DNA from: Mobula birostris
Taxonomy: Eukaryota
Assembly (NCBI RefSeq): GCF_030028105.1
Contig: NC_092391.1
Span: 8,591,223-8,655,222, forward strand
Direction: 5' to 3'
Length of the DNA: 64,000 bases
Shown: in pieces, positions 26,631-39,734 of the stretch
How positions within the stretch are numbered: position 1 is the stretch's first letter
Layout of the letters: each line of letters opens with the position of its first letter
Translations under genes and position numbers: made by a program
Notes under the pieces: generated by a model
What the model was told of the DNA's origin: nothing
Seen by the model: only the letters and a program-made list of their open reading frames with translations
The model's database searches: none

Positions 26631-29003
26631 AGTCTGCCTGGAACTCAGAAGCATAGTTTCAGAATAAGGGGTGCCATTTTAGAGAGAAAGAACCAAGGTG
26701 CAGGGAAAAGGAGAACAAACATACACACAGTGTGATAATGCCTGGAACACTGCTGAGGGGTGACAGTTGGGCAGAAAGAACAAGTAGACTGGCACATGAA
26801 GGTGCAGGTCATGTACAGGCAAACAGGATTAGTTTTAGGCTACACGGCTGGCACAAATATTGTGTACTGAAAGGCTTGTTCCTGTACTGTGCTGTTCTAT
26901 GTTCCATGAGCTTCAAAAGGTCATGAGTCTGGAATCCTCTACCCCAGAGCGCTATAAAGGCAGAGTCGTCAATATGTTGAAGACAGAAAGCCAGCAGAGC
27001 TACAAGGGAGCAAGAGTATGGGAGGTAATAGTGCAGATCCAGTCTTGGCCTCAACCACCAATTGCTGAACAGATTGCAGAGACCAGTTGACTTGCATTAT
27101 GCCATAATAACAAGCTATCAATATTGTTAGATGTGGAAAAAAAAGGATGAACTCAGATTAAATCCTATTCTGCATATTATATTGCTACAAGGGATGGGAT
27201 TTTAATAAAAAGAGGATGGAATACAAATCAATTTAGAAGGTGAACTTTTGGAAAAGTTACAAGTATTAATAACGACAGGGAGCAACCTCTTCTCAATAGA
27301 TACTGGATTAAATATTAGGGATTCAGTACAATAGTTCCAATTCTCCCTGCAACTATATCTCTCAGAAAAAGGGACTTGTGCTAATATTATTTTCTGACTG
27401 TACGTACTGTGTTTTGCATCTTCACCCCAAGGAACAATCTTTCATTTAGTTGTATACATATATATATGGTTCAATGACAATAACTTGAGTTAGTAATCCT
27501 GTTAGCAGCAACAACAGAATACCATTAATACCACTCATCTTCACATCTTGTAATGACTAAATTTAAAAACACTAGTATTAGTCTATACTTTTCACAACTA
27601 CAATAAAGAAACTGATTTCCTATGATAAATCATTATATGACTATTTTGTAGAAATATTATGTCTTACCACAATACAAGTTATGGATACTTACAATTAAAA
27701 TTTAGCTTCAAGTACATTTCTTCAAACCCATTGCAAATTGAATACAATGCATAATTAGCAAGTTTAAAAAATGTTACACAATTTCACATCTTAAAATTAT
27801 AGAGTCCAGCAATGGAAAAAAAAAACAAAGCAAATATGTCTTATTATCCATATGACTAGAATAGCAAGTTTCTTTTAAAAGTTGCAATTTGTTTGAAAAT
27901 ACTACAGTCATACAATCATAAAATCATATCCCATTGGGTTATGATTCACATTGCTCTTCAACATTGCAGCTCAACCTGAGCCAGGTATGTCAAATTAATC
28001 TATGGTGGAGAAGACCTCAACTACACTTAATCACGCTCTGTAAGACAGTCATTGGCATCTACAAAAAAAAACCAAGAGACACCTGTTGATGTCATTCTCC
28101 AGGCTGGGTGGTCAGTGATATTCTCTCACAATAGTGCACTGAAACAATCAGCCTTTATGATAGCCTGGATTAGGAATGACTCTATGACTACAGGAGTACC
28201 ACCATACAACCAAGCTTACAGCATGTTGGAGGGCAATGGAGAAAATGCCCAAGTGTCTCAATTCTATCAAAATAAATATTCAACTTTTCTACAAAAAAAA
28301 AAGGGAAATTGTGTATAGGAAGGTGAGTTGTTGCTTAGCAGAGCAGTTTGCCAGAACTTAACTATCACAACCATATAGTGGCACACTGCGAATCAACACC
28401 TATGAAGATTTCCCCATGTCCCCCCCACCCAAATATGAAAGAAGGCTCAGTAGATGATCGGTGACCTTTAACAAAAAGCAAAAACCTCTCAAGATTGCCT
28501 GACAACTAATAAAGATTTACAAACCCAAGACAAATTAGATTTAATTACTTCAATACTGTTGATAAATTAGTCAGTTACGAAGCTCAAAATATTCAGATAT
28601 TAACACCAGATAACATATTAAAGAATCTAAATATAAATGTTCTAAAAACAGTATCAAATAACTTGCACCACTAAATTTGCACATTAAATTGTCTAAGTAC
28701 CAGGCTTCATGCTTCAGCATAGAAATTACTCTTTAGTAATATCATGCTCCCACAATTTTAAGATCACATTTACCAATTAAAATTCAGAAAGGGCAATGAA
28801 CATTCCTTAATAATAAAGCAGTTTATTTCCAATATTTTAACCTACGAGTCATAGTTACCATATTACTATATTAAAATACAATGAGATTTGAAAACTGATC
28901 AATACACAATTAATGTACAAATTTTTAATTACCAGAGCACATAAATCAGTTTCTCAATATCTGATAGCATTAAAAACAAGAAAAAGGCAGCCCTTTAGAC
29001 CAC

Positions 29004-29009
29004 TTTATT
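29004..29009 (-). terminator. Candidate PPP6C proximal poly(A) signal AATAAA (another at 28822-28827)
   Basis: Canonical hexamers ~130 and ~310 nt downstream of the stop codon; usage unverified. Confidence 0.4.
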
Positions 29010-29139
29010 CAATGTAGCATTTAAAATTCAATAGAATAGTTGAAATTCTACATCTTGAATCCTGTCTACACAACACAATGTTTACAGTCCATTGTGCACA
29101 CTGTATTAAGAAAAAAAACTGACCAAAACAAAATATATT

Positions 29140-29388
29140 TTAAAGGAAATAGGGTGTTGTTGTTCTTGGTGGAATTACACGCTCCGAGTCTGGAACTGCC
29201 CGAAATAACTTTGGTTCCCTTGAGTTTACATTGTTGAAGACCATGATTGATGCAATATTTCCACAGCGGTAGCAATAGTTTGGAGCAGACCACACAGTCA
29301 CCAACTTTTCATCAAACATGAACTTATATCCTTCATGAACTAGTTGATGCGCTCGACAGATTAGTTTCAAGTTGTTGATATGGACAAA
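29140..29388 (-). CDS. PPP6C: PP6 catalytic subunit, exon 7 ([15 protein letters not shown]...[12 protein letters not shown]...TPYFL*)
   Basis: TAG|TTT acceptor, 249 nt, conserved PP2A-family C-terminus TPYFL. Confidence 0.98.
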   Translation of the reverse strand, partial: FVHINNLKLICRAHQLVHEGYKFMFDEKLVTVWSAPNYCYRCGNIASIMVFNNVNSREPKLFRAVPDSERVIPPRTTTPYFL

Positions 29389-30105
29389 CTACAAAACAAA
29401 AACGTTTCCCAAAAAAAAAGCATTAAAATCTTAAAAGTTTTCCCATACCTGGAGTAAATATGACTGACACATACAATTGAGAAAAAGCAAGGTTAAACTG
29501 AGAATTCCTTACTTAATGAACCTGGAACAAAAGGAAAACTTGGACTGACGTGCATGCAGGTCAACATCATGCTCATGGTACATTTAGCATGAGAGATTTT
29601 TTAAACAAGTACCCTACATATATCACCCAAAAGTCCAATTAAAGCTAATATCTCATCCAGGATGACAGTAAGTATGTGCATAACTTACAACCTTAAGATG
29701 GGGTAAAAAAAATGGCAAAGGGCAGTGTAAAACAAATCACCGTCCAGTAGTTTTTTTTTTCCCATTCTAAATACATGTGCCATACAAATGAGTGGATTCC
29801 ACATAATTTTGTAAAACTTAATAACTTCATACTTTATCCCCCCCAAATGGCCAGTTTTCCAAATTCAGAATCCAAGTCACCAAAATAATGCTGATATCAC
29901 CAAAAAGGAACTGCACGAAGTCAGAGATAAACAAAATGTGACATCGTGGAACATTAAAATACAAAAATATGGAAGTACCTTGGTCAAATGAGACAATACC
30001 AATTTTTTAAAAATATAAAGAAAAACTAGTATCCCATTACCACTTAAAATAATTCCTCAACTCATCAACACAGAAGCACTGAGAGTATGTGGTCTGACAG
30101 CTTAC

Positions 30106-30315
30106 CTCATTGGTAACCTTTGCTCCGAACAGCCAGCCCGCTCCTCGAGGGCTGATAGCCCAGGTATCCACATCTTCAGGATCTGACCACACTAGGTCAC
30201 AGAAGGCTCCTTTATGTGGGATCTCCTGGTTGCGCTCAATGGTTCGAATTTGATCTAGAGTTTTGATATCAGGAGAAAGTCCACCATGCACACACAGTAT
30301 TTGTTCATCTATCAA
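30106..30315 (-). CDS. PPP6C: PPP6C exon 6 ([15 protein letters not shown]...GAKVTNE)
   Basis: CCCAG|TTG acceptor, GAG|GTAAG donor, 210 nt. Confidence 0.98.
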
Positions 30316-31384
30316 CTGGGATGGAAAAAACACAAATTGACTTTTGCAGTTAGTTTGCTCTTAAGATCCATTTACCTGTAAAACCTCAAACATACAATAA
30401 AAAGGTCACTGGGTTCATGGAATCTGTAGAACTTCCTTATAGGAATGAAAAATACAATCCTTCTCCTTCACTCCTCCCCCCCCCGCAAAAGTCCTGAATG
30501 GCCTTTTTGCTTCAAATATCAGACCAATTGTTCTTAGAAAGCTCATTAAAACTCTACCTTTCCTGATGTGACAAATTAAAATGGCTCAAAGCAATTGAAG
30601 GTTTAGTTTGGCTCAGAACGCCTATCTATTGCAAAATGCTCAAAACTGGGCATAACATCAACTGTAACCTAACCAATTTTACAAGTTATCTGATATTGTT
30701 TTGGTATACATTGCAAATAATGTTTTGGAATATTATTTTCAGACAACTAGATATTCAGTTCTCTTGATTTAGCCACATTCTTAAGCATTTTCTCATTGAA
30801 AGCCAAGTCCCATATCTGGTATTCCTGACAAAAGTGCACGGCCTCCTCCATCTTTCATTGGTGACCTGGCTGCCATCCTCTTCATTAGACTTGAGTAATA
30901 CAGAAAATTTTTCAAAATTCTTTGCCAAATAATCTACTTGTTAACCAAATGTGATTTTGCAATGGGCATCCAAAAACAAATTATTTATATTTTTGCATAT
31001 GCATACAAAATAGTAGACTTGAAAGACAGCCACAGGTTTTATCATTTCCAATTTCCTTTTTACAAGCAGAACAACATATATTTAATCAACCTACCAAGGC
31101 CACACAATATCCTTTTAAAATCAGGCTACTAAACTTGTCTCTCACAAGTCTTCAGAGTCTCATCAAAAACAACTTGCATTATATAATGCCTTTAATACAG
31201 AAAAGCATTCCAAGATGCTCAAGGGACACGAGTGGAAAAACATGCATATGTGCCAAGGAAAGAAATAAAAACACAATCTGAAAATATAGGAAGATTTCTG
31301 AGTACACGGGGGTAAAGTATTTTATGGAGGGAAACCCAGTATAGGCACTAATGTGCAAGAAGTACTTGGGCTGGGGATGAAGTT

Positions 31385-32337
31385 AGGCATAGCTCAAATA
31401 CCATCTATAGATTTGCTGACAATACAACCATCATTCGTAGAATCTCAGATGGTGAAGAGAGGGCATACAGGAGTGAGATATGCCAACTAGTGGAATGGTG
31501 CTACAGCAACAATCTGGCACTCAACGTCAGTAAGACGAAAGAGCTGATTGTGGACTCCAGGAAGTGTAAGACGAAGGAGCACATACCAATCCTCAGAGGG
31601 ATCAGAAGTGGAGAGAGTGAGCAGCTTCAAGTTCCTGGGTGTCAAGATATCTGAGGACCTAACCTGGTCCCAGCATATCAATGCAGTTGTAAAGAACGCA
31701 AGACAGTGGTTATACTTCATTAGGAGTTTGAAGAGATTTGGTGTGTTAACAAATACACTCAAAAACTTCTATAAATGTACCGTGGAGAGCATTCTGACCG
31801 GCTGCATCACTGTCTGGTATGGGGGGAGAGGGGCTACAGCATAGGATTTAAAGAAGCTGCAGAGGGTTGGAAATTTAGTCGGCTCCATCTTGGGTACTAA
31901 CCTACAAAGTACCCTGGAGAGACATCTTCAAGGAGCGGTGTCTCAGAAAGGCAGCGCCCATTATTAAGGACCTTCAGTACCCAGAGCATGCCCTTTTCTC
32001 ACTGTTACTATCAGATAGGAGGTACAAAAGCCTGAAGGCACACACTCAGCAATTCAGGAACAGCTTCTTCCCCTCTGCCATCTGATTCCTAAATGGACAT
32101 TGAACCCTTGGACACTACCTCACATTTTAAGTATATATTACCTGTTTTTTTGCAGGATCTAAAATCTATTATATATACACACAGATATATACACACATAC
32201 ACACACACACTGTAATTGATCTACTTATTTATTCACTATTTTTTCTTTCTTCTATATTATCTATTGCATTGAACTGCTGCTGCTGCTAAATTAACAAATT
32301 TAATGACACATGCTTGTGATAATAAACCTGATTCTGA
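31385..32337 (+). mobile_element. 5'-truncated Rex1/Babar LINE in PPP6C intron 5 (same family as 12952-14982)
   Basis: [44 protein letters not shown] tail. Internal (TA/CA)n at ~32170-32210. Confidence 0.92.
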
Positions 32338-32744
32338 AATATAGAGTAATGAAGGCACATACTCCAGCTACAGGAGGGAACTCAAAATTTTAAAATGAAG
32401 GTTACCGGTACTGCAGCTCTAAATATATGGCAGTTGTAATTGTACAGTATTTTATTACCACATCTTCAAACCACACACAAACTATTAAAGATTCAGCATT
32501 ATGAACTGGAATAATTTAATTATTATTGAGCAAAAAAGAAACAATTGAACCGCAATTTCATTGCGTGGCAGGGCAAAAAAATTCAAAGGCAAGCTATTAA
32601 AGCCAATTAAGGCAACAAATACATCTTAGCGTAAGGCAACTTTTTGAACTCTTCCAAAAGTTATAATCCCTGCCACTGTGGGCCAAAGGGCTGTTCTATG
32701 CTATACTATGCACTTTGCTAGAATAATTGAACAATGTTCTGGCT

Positions 32745-33397
32745 ACGCAGGTTGACTGTGGTTAAGGCGGCATACGGTGCATTGGCCTTCATCAACCGTA
32801 GGATTGAGTTTAAGAGCCTAGAGGTAATGTTGCAGCTATGGAGGACCCTGGTCAGACCCAACTTGGAGTACTGTGCTCAGTTCTGGTGGCCTCACTACAG
32901 GAAGGACGTGGAAACCATAGAAAGGGTGCAGAGGAGATTTACACCGATGTTGCCTGGATTGGGGAGCATGCCTTAGGAGAATAGGTTGAGTGAACTCGGC
33001 CTTTTCTCCTTGGAGCGACGGAGGATGAGAGATGACTTGATAGAGGTGTACAAGATAATGAGAGGCACTGATTGTGTGGATAGTCAGAGGCTTTTCCCCA
33101 GGGCTGAAATGGCTAGCACGAAAGGGCATAGTTTTAAGGTGCTTGGAAGTAGGTACAGAGGAGATATTAGGGGTAAGTTGTTTTTTTTTAAAAACGCAGA
33201 GTGGTGAGTGCGTGGAATGGGCTGCTAACAGCGGCGGTGGAGGCAGAAACGATAGGGTATTTTAAGAGACTCCTGGATAGGTACATGGAGCTTAGAGAAA
33301 TAGAGGCCTAGTTAGTTCTAAGGTAAGGAGATGTTTGGCACAGCTTTGTGGGCTGAAGGGCGTGTATTGTGCTGTAGGTTTTTTATGTTTCCATGTT
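32745..33397 (+). mobile_element. CR1 3' fragment in PPP6C intron 5
   Basis: [21 protein letters not shown] and LFSLERRRMR; TTTCCATGTT tail. Confidence 0.9.
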
Positions 33398-33540
33398 CAA
33401 CATAAATTCCAGCAATTTTGGCTCCTCATGCCAAGCACTGACCCCTAGTGTTAACAAGCCTGTTGTACAGGGATGCTAACACTGCATTGAACTTCCATGG
33501 AGTATGGCTGTTGTACATCACAAAACAAGTATATACTTAC

Positions 33541-33620
33541 AGCTGCTACTGTGAGCATGTCGAAGACTTTGGTACAGTACCGCCAAGCATTAGCATTTCC
33601 ATATTTTGTTTGACATTCAT
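33541..33620 (-). CDS. PPP6C: PPP6C exon 5 ((D)[26 protein letters not shown])
   Basis: CAG|AT acceptor, GCT|GTAAGT donor, 80 nt, phase matches exon 4. Confidence 0.98.
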
Positions 33621-33768
33621 CTGTTAAAATAAACCAGCTTCAGTTTTTTTTTGAAACATGCAAAATACGGAATTTGACAAAAAGATTGAAGAAGAATTTC
33701 CTTGTCCCCAGCAGGGAAGGTAATTCATTCAAAACTTTACAATTTTAAAGTAGGTGCTAATTAATTAC

Positions 33769-33910
33769 CATAGAACCCGTAGACTTGAGTAATCTGCCTG
33801 CTTTCATGATTTCCTCTGAGGAGTGTAATGCGATCAGGCCATTTTGCTTTCAATGCGAGGAGGTAGGTAAAAGTTTCAAGACTGTAATACCCTCTGTCCA
33901 CAAAGTCACC
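33769..33910 (-). CDS. PPP6C: PPP6C exon 4 (GDFVDRG...LRGNHE...YGFY)
   Basis: TAG|GGT acceptor, G|GTAATT donor, 142 nt. PPP signature motifs GDFVDRG and RGNHE. Confidence 0.98.
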
Positions 33911-34453
33911 CTATTTTAAAATGGCAAAGGTGTTAATGTTACATTGATTTAAAAAGTATAGATGTAAATCTCTTAACCCACGTGACAATGGAAACAGTTG
34001 GGAATAGAACAACTAATAGTGTTCCTAATACAAATATTATTGAATAACATTGTTAGGCAGCTCTTGTACTGAATATAACACACCTGAAGTCCATAATTCA
34101 AGTGAATATAAAATACTGGAATTACTTAGGTTATGCAGCTTTGTTGGAGGTGCAATAAAAGATTCACTTTTCTCTCTATAAATGTTCAACCCAACACTTT
34201 CAGCCTTTTCTGTTTATTTTGGATTACAAGCCCATATAATATTTTGCTTTCACAAGACAGTCACTGGATCCTCACTTTTGATGCTCAGATACACATCACT
34301 TAGGCTTTTTTCTTCCGCGTCAATACATTTGTTCTCTCAGTTCATAAAATCCTCATCTGCACGAACACATTACTGTACCAATTTTGTAACATGCAGAATT
34401 AACCCAAGTCAGATTTGCAACTGAATCAAAACTCAAGGAATTTACATACTTAC

Positions 34454-34519
34454 CATGAAAATATAATTTGTGTCAGGAACTTGTCCTCCAGTTCTAAACA
34501 GCTCACCCAAGTCATAAAA
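34454..34519 (-). CDS. PPP6C: PPP6C exon 3 (FYDLGELFRTGGQVPDTNYIFM)
   Basis: CAG|TTT acceptor, ATG|GTAAGT donor, 66 nt. Confidence 0.98.
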
Positions 34520-34714
34520 CTGTAAAAACGTTTAGAATACATCTGCAGTTTAGGGCTTGGTTATTTTGTACATTACAAACAGAAAGTTTATTTGTAAAGC
34601 AAAGGAAACTATTGGATATACAGTGAATTTAGGTTATGTACATCATTTCTTCATGCAGAACCTTCACAATACCGAATACTCAAATTATTAACTGTGCACA
34701 CATCACTGTGCACT

Positions 34715-35760
34715 TTATCCATTTTCCTTTTTGGCTCCCTTCTTATCCCTTCTCTTCTCACCTTCCTCCTTCCTTTTCATGCATGGTCCACTGTTATTGG
34801 CTATTACTTCTTCATCAACCCTTTACCTCCTCCACCTATCCTTTCCCAGCTTCTTATTTCAGACCCTCCTCCCACACACCCACCTTCCCCCTCACCTGGT
34901 TTCATCTAACATCTGCCAATGTGTACTTCTTCTCACGCCCCCTCCCACATTCTTTCCCTTTCCCCGTCCTGATGAAAGCTCTCAGTCCAAGACTTTGACT
35001 GTTTATTCTCATCCATAGATGTTGTCTGACTTGCTGTGTTTATTGAGTACTTATTGTGTGCTTTTCAATTTTAGCTTCCCGCATCTGAAAATACTCAAAC
35101 ATGAAGATCAGGGTTAAGAGAGGAAAGCTAGAAAGACATTGGTGAAGCCAGATGGTTAGGGAAAACAAAGGTCTGAAGAGGAAGGAATCTGATAGCAGAG
35201 GAGAGTGGACCAAAGGAGAAAGGGAAGGTGGGGAGGAAAGACACCCTGGGGGAGGTAAGAAGAGGTAAAGAGGCCAGAGTGGGGAAATGGGGACAGGGGG
35301 AATATTTTTAAACTGGAAGGAAAAAAATCAATATTCATAGCATCAGGTTGGAGGCTACCAGAAGGAACACAAGGTGTTGCTCCTCCACCCCAAGGGTGGC
35401 TTCAGCGTGACACAAGAGGAGGCCATGGACTGACATGTTGGAACTGCAATGGAAATCGAAATTAAAATGTTCTGCTTTTGGCAGATGGAGTGGAGGTGCT
35501 CGATGAAGCGCGCCCCCCCCCACACAAATTTATGATGGGTCTCTCTAACAAACAGGAGGCTGCATTGGGAGCACTGGACACTGCAGACAACCCCAGCAGA
35601 TTCGCAAGTGAAGTGTCGCCTCATCTGGAAGGACTGCTTGGGGCCCTGAATGGAAGTGAATGGGCAGGTGTAGCTCTTTGGCTGCTTGCAGGGAGAAGTA
35701 CTGGGAGGGAGATGAGAGCGAGAGAGAGAGCAAGAGATGGGTGAATGGACAAGGGAACAC
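34715..35760. mobile_element. Two oppositely oriented Penelope fragments in PPP6C intron 2 (plus ~34715-35090; minus ~35140-35760 with GIY-YIG remnant)
   Basis: HFTCESAGVVCSVQCSQCSLLFVRET in ORF 35355-35771, plus shared terminal sequence. Confidence 0.8.
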
Positions 35761-36546
35761 TTGCAACACATTTTCTAGATTACCAGTAAGCATTTAATAC
35801 ATTACTAATCTCATTAGATGTCTACTGAAGTAGCCCCAGTGACTGCATAGAACATTGGTTATTCTATTAAAACCCACATGCAAGAATGCACAGAGGTAGA
35901 ATTTGTGTGGTGAAATATGGAGGAAATCATTTATTGTTACCAAGTCGTGTACTGCACACTTGTAACCCTGTACAAATGGCATAAAGGAATAAAGTGAGGA
36001 GAGAGAAAAAAAAGCACAAAATCCTTTTTGGAGTTGTGGAAAGCTGCCCCAATGAGGAAGTGTATGAACATACAGACCCTAAAATGGGAAACCATAAGAC
36101 CCAAGAGTAGAATTAGGCCATTCAGTTCATCAAGTCTCCTTCACCATTCCATCATGGCTGATTTATTATCCCTATCAACCCCATTATCCTGTCTTTTCCC
36201 TGTAATCTTTGACATCCTTACTCATTACATCGTGAGAATTATCTCATTCCTAAGAAGCAATTTTTTCCCATGATAAACACACAATATTTGAAATGGGGTG
36301 GTACAAATCACTTTAGTTATGTAAAGTTATTTAAAGTGGGTTTTAGTTATTTAAAAAACAAGGTTGTACTCGAATCTTTGGTCATTGCTGTCAAATCCAC
36401 AATGGAAAACAAACAGGCTCAAATGGCATTTAAAATCAGATATTAAAGGATAACAATTATCAAGCAACTATGCATTTCTGATTTAACAAGAGTCTGGAAT
36501 AACTAACTTCAAGAAAGATTTAATCTTCAAACAATGTAAAATTTAC

Positions 36547-36642
36547 CTGCCCATGTATGTCCCCACAGACTGTAACAGGTGTAGACACTGGCTGGACATT
36601 AGACTCTTCCAAAAGCAAGTCACATACATAGTCACAGAGTCG
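36547..36642 (-). CDS. PPP6C: PPP6C exon 2 ([32 protein letters not shown])
   Basis: TTTCAG|CGA acceptor, CAG|GTAAAT donor, 96 nt, GDIHGQ motif. Confidence 0.98.
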
Positions 36643-37125
36643 CTGAAAAAAATAAATTAAAGTTGGTATCTCTAGCTTCCAAGGAAATTATACAAGCTCC
36701 CATAGTCACTATTCAATTTAAATTTGAGCGTTGGGAGTCTCACTCCATTAAAGGTGTGGATCACACATACAGGTTGTAAAGTCAATACACATTTTCTTTA
36801 GAACTGATTAAAGACAGTAGTTTTAGACTCTAACCACCACAACTATCCTTAGATGCTCACTTAAGACAATTTGTGGACTTCTTAAAAGATCAGCAAGGCT
36901 TGAACTGCAGCCTTCTAATATCCCTAAACAAATGATTCTCTTTAAGATATGTTATGATTTAAACATTCTCTTTCTTGTTCCATGCTCATCCCACCCCATC
37001 TCCAACCTCCAGTCATCCAATTCTACGTCGGCCTCCTAAACTACCAAGGAATTGCACAGCACAGAAACGGGCATTTTTGACCCACCTTGTCCATGCCCAC
37101 TGTGATGCTTCTCTATGCTATCCAT

Positions 37126-37410
37126 TTTATTTATTTAGCACTGCAGCATGGAGTAGCCCTCCCAGCCCTTTGAGCCATGCCACCCAGCATCCCTACAACC
37201 CCAATCGATCCTAGATGAACCAAAGAACAATTTACAATGACCAATCTTCCCTGCACACCTTTGGACTGGGGAGGAAACTGAAGTACCAGGGGAAAACCCA
37301 TGCATTTTACAGGGAACACTTAGACTCCTTACAGAACAGTGCTGGAATTAAACTCTGAAAAGCCCCAAGCTGCAATAGTGTCATGCTAACCACTGCATTT
37401 CTGTGGTGCC
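37126..37410 (-). mobile_element. HE1/V-type tRNA SINE
   Basis: Reverse complement of the 15653 SINE family; (TTTA)n tail on the plus strand. Confidence 0.8.
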
Positions 37411-37462
37411 ATATGCCTGCATAAAGTCCATATCTATGTATTTCCTGCCCGAGTGCCTTTTA

Positions 37463-39273
37463 AAAGACTGGTAAAGACAAATGTAGGTCCCCTACAGACA
37501 GAAACAGGTGAATTGATTATGGGGAGCAAGGACATGGCAGACCAACTGAATAATTACTTTGGTTCTGTCTTCACTAAGGAGGACATAAATAATCTTCTAG
37601 AAATAGTAGGGGACAGAGGGTCCAGTGAGATGGAGGAACTGAGCGAAATACATGTTAGTAGGGAAGTGGTGTTAGGTAAATTGAAGGGATTAAAGGCAGA
37701 TAAATCCCCAGGGCCAGATGGTCTGCATCCCAGAGTGCTTAAGGAAGTAGCCCAAGAAATAGTGGATGCATTAGTAATAATTTTTCAAAACTCTTTAGAT
37801 TCTGGACTAGTTCCTGAGGATTGGAGGTGGCTAATGTAACCCCACTTTTTAAAAAAGGAGGGAGAGAGAAACCGGAGAATTATAGACTGGTTAGCCTAAC
37901 GTCGGTGGTGGGGAAACTGCTGGAGTCAGTTATCAAAGATGTGATAACAGCACATTTGGAAAGCAGTGAAATCATCGGACAAAGTCAGCATGGATTTGTG
38001 AAAGGAAAATCATGTCTGACAAATCTCATAGAATTTTTTGAGGATGTAACTAGTAGAGTGGATAGGGGAGAACCAGTGGATGTGGTATATTTGGATTTTC
38101 AAAAGGCTTTTGACAAGGTCCCACACAGGAGATTAGTGTGCAAACTTAAAGCACACGGTATTGGGGGTAAGGTATTGATGTGGATAGAGAATTGGTTAGC
38201 AGACAGAAAGCAAAGAGTGGGAATAAACGGGACCTTTACAGAATGGCAGGCAGTGACTAGTGGGGTACCGCAAGGCTCAATGCTGGGACCCCAGTTGTTT
38301 AAGATATATATTAATGACTTGGATGAGCGAATTAAATGCAGCATCTCCAAGTTTGCGGATGACACCAAGCTGGGCGGCAGTGTTAGCTGTGAGGAGGATG
38401 CTAAGAGGATGCAGGGTGACTTGGATAGGTTGGGTGAGTGGGCAAATTCATGGCAGATGCAATTTAATGTGGATAAATGTGAAGTTATCCACTTTGGTGG
38501 CAAAAATAGGAAAACAGATTATTATCTGAATGGTGGCCGATTAGGAAAAGGGGAGGTGCAACGAGACCTGGGTGTCATTATGCACCAGTCATTGAAAGTG
38601 GGCATGCAGGTACAGCAGGCGGTGAAAAGGGCGAATGGTATGCTGACATTTATAGCAAGAGAATTTGAGTACAGGAGCAGGGAGGTACTACTGCAGTTGT
38701 ACAAGGCCTTGGTGAGACCACACCTGGACTATTGTGTGCAGTTTTGGTCCCCTAATCTGAGGAAAGACATCCTTGCCATAGAGGGAGTACAAAGAAAGTT
38801 CACCAGATTGATTCCTGGGATGGCAGGACTTTCATATGAAGAAAGACTGGATGAACTAGGCTTGTACTTGTTGGAATTTAGAAGATTGAGGGGGGATCTG
38901 AGTGAAACGTATAAAATCCTAAAGGGATTGGACAGTCTAGATGCAGGAAGATTGTTCCCGATGTTGGGGAAGTCCAGAATGAGGGGTTACAGTTTGAGGA
39001 TAAAGGGGAAGCCTTTTAGGACTGAGATTAGGAAAAACTTCTTCACACAGAGAGTGGTGAATCTGTGGAACTCTCTGCCACAGGAAACAGTTGAGGCCAG
39101 TTCATTTAAGAGGGAGTTCGATATGGCCTTTGTGGCTAGGGGGATCAGAGGGTATGGAGGGAAGGCTGGGGCAGGGTTCTGAGTTGGATGATCAGCCATG
39201 ATCATAATAAATGGCGGTGCAGGCTCAAAGGGCCAAATGGCCTACTCCTGCACCTATTTTCTATGTTTCTATG
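37463..39273 (+). mobile_element. 5'-truncated young CR1 LINE; RT ORF (37821-39182) joined to 37453-37839 by a 1-nt frameshift
   Basis: QHGFVKGKSCLTNL, YLDFQKAFDKV, GVPQGSMLGP and KFADDTKL; (TTTCTATG)n tail. Confidence 0.95.
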
Positions 39274-39734
39274 TAAACTCTACCAAACACTCTGGCAGCA
39301 TTTTCCAGCTATTCACCATCCTGTGTTGAAAACTTTCCCTTCAGATCGCCTTAAATTTCTTCCCTCTTACCTATGGCCTGTGCCTTCAGAGGGAAAAAAA
39401 AACACTATATCCCTTGATTTTATAAACCTCTATAAAAATCAAAGTCCCCACTCACCCCAAAGCCCCCCTCCATTCTGATGATGGATTTATTCTCACTTCC
39501 AAGGTTAATGTCTCCACAACAGCAGCAATGACTCGAGCTCTAGAAATCTATTCAAAAAGCTTCTTATTTCTCTCCTCTGTGGCAAACCTTAGAACCCATG
39601 CTCGATTAAATCCTTGGTTTCCAAAATCTCGTTGTGACCCAATGTCAAATTGTGTTCGATGATGACACTGAAATTCCTTGGAACATTTTGCTGCTTTAAA
39701 AAGGCAAAATACAAACACAAGCCATTGTTGTTGA

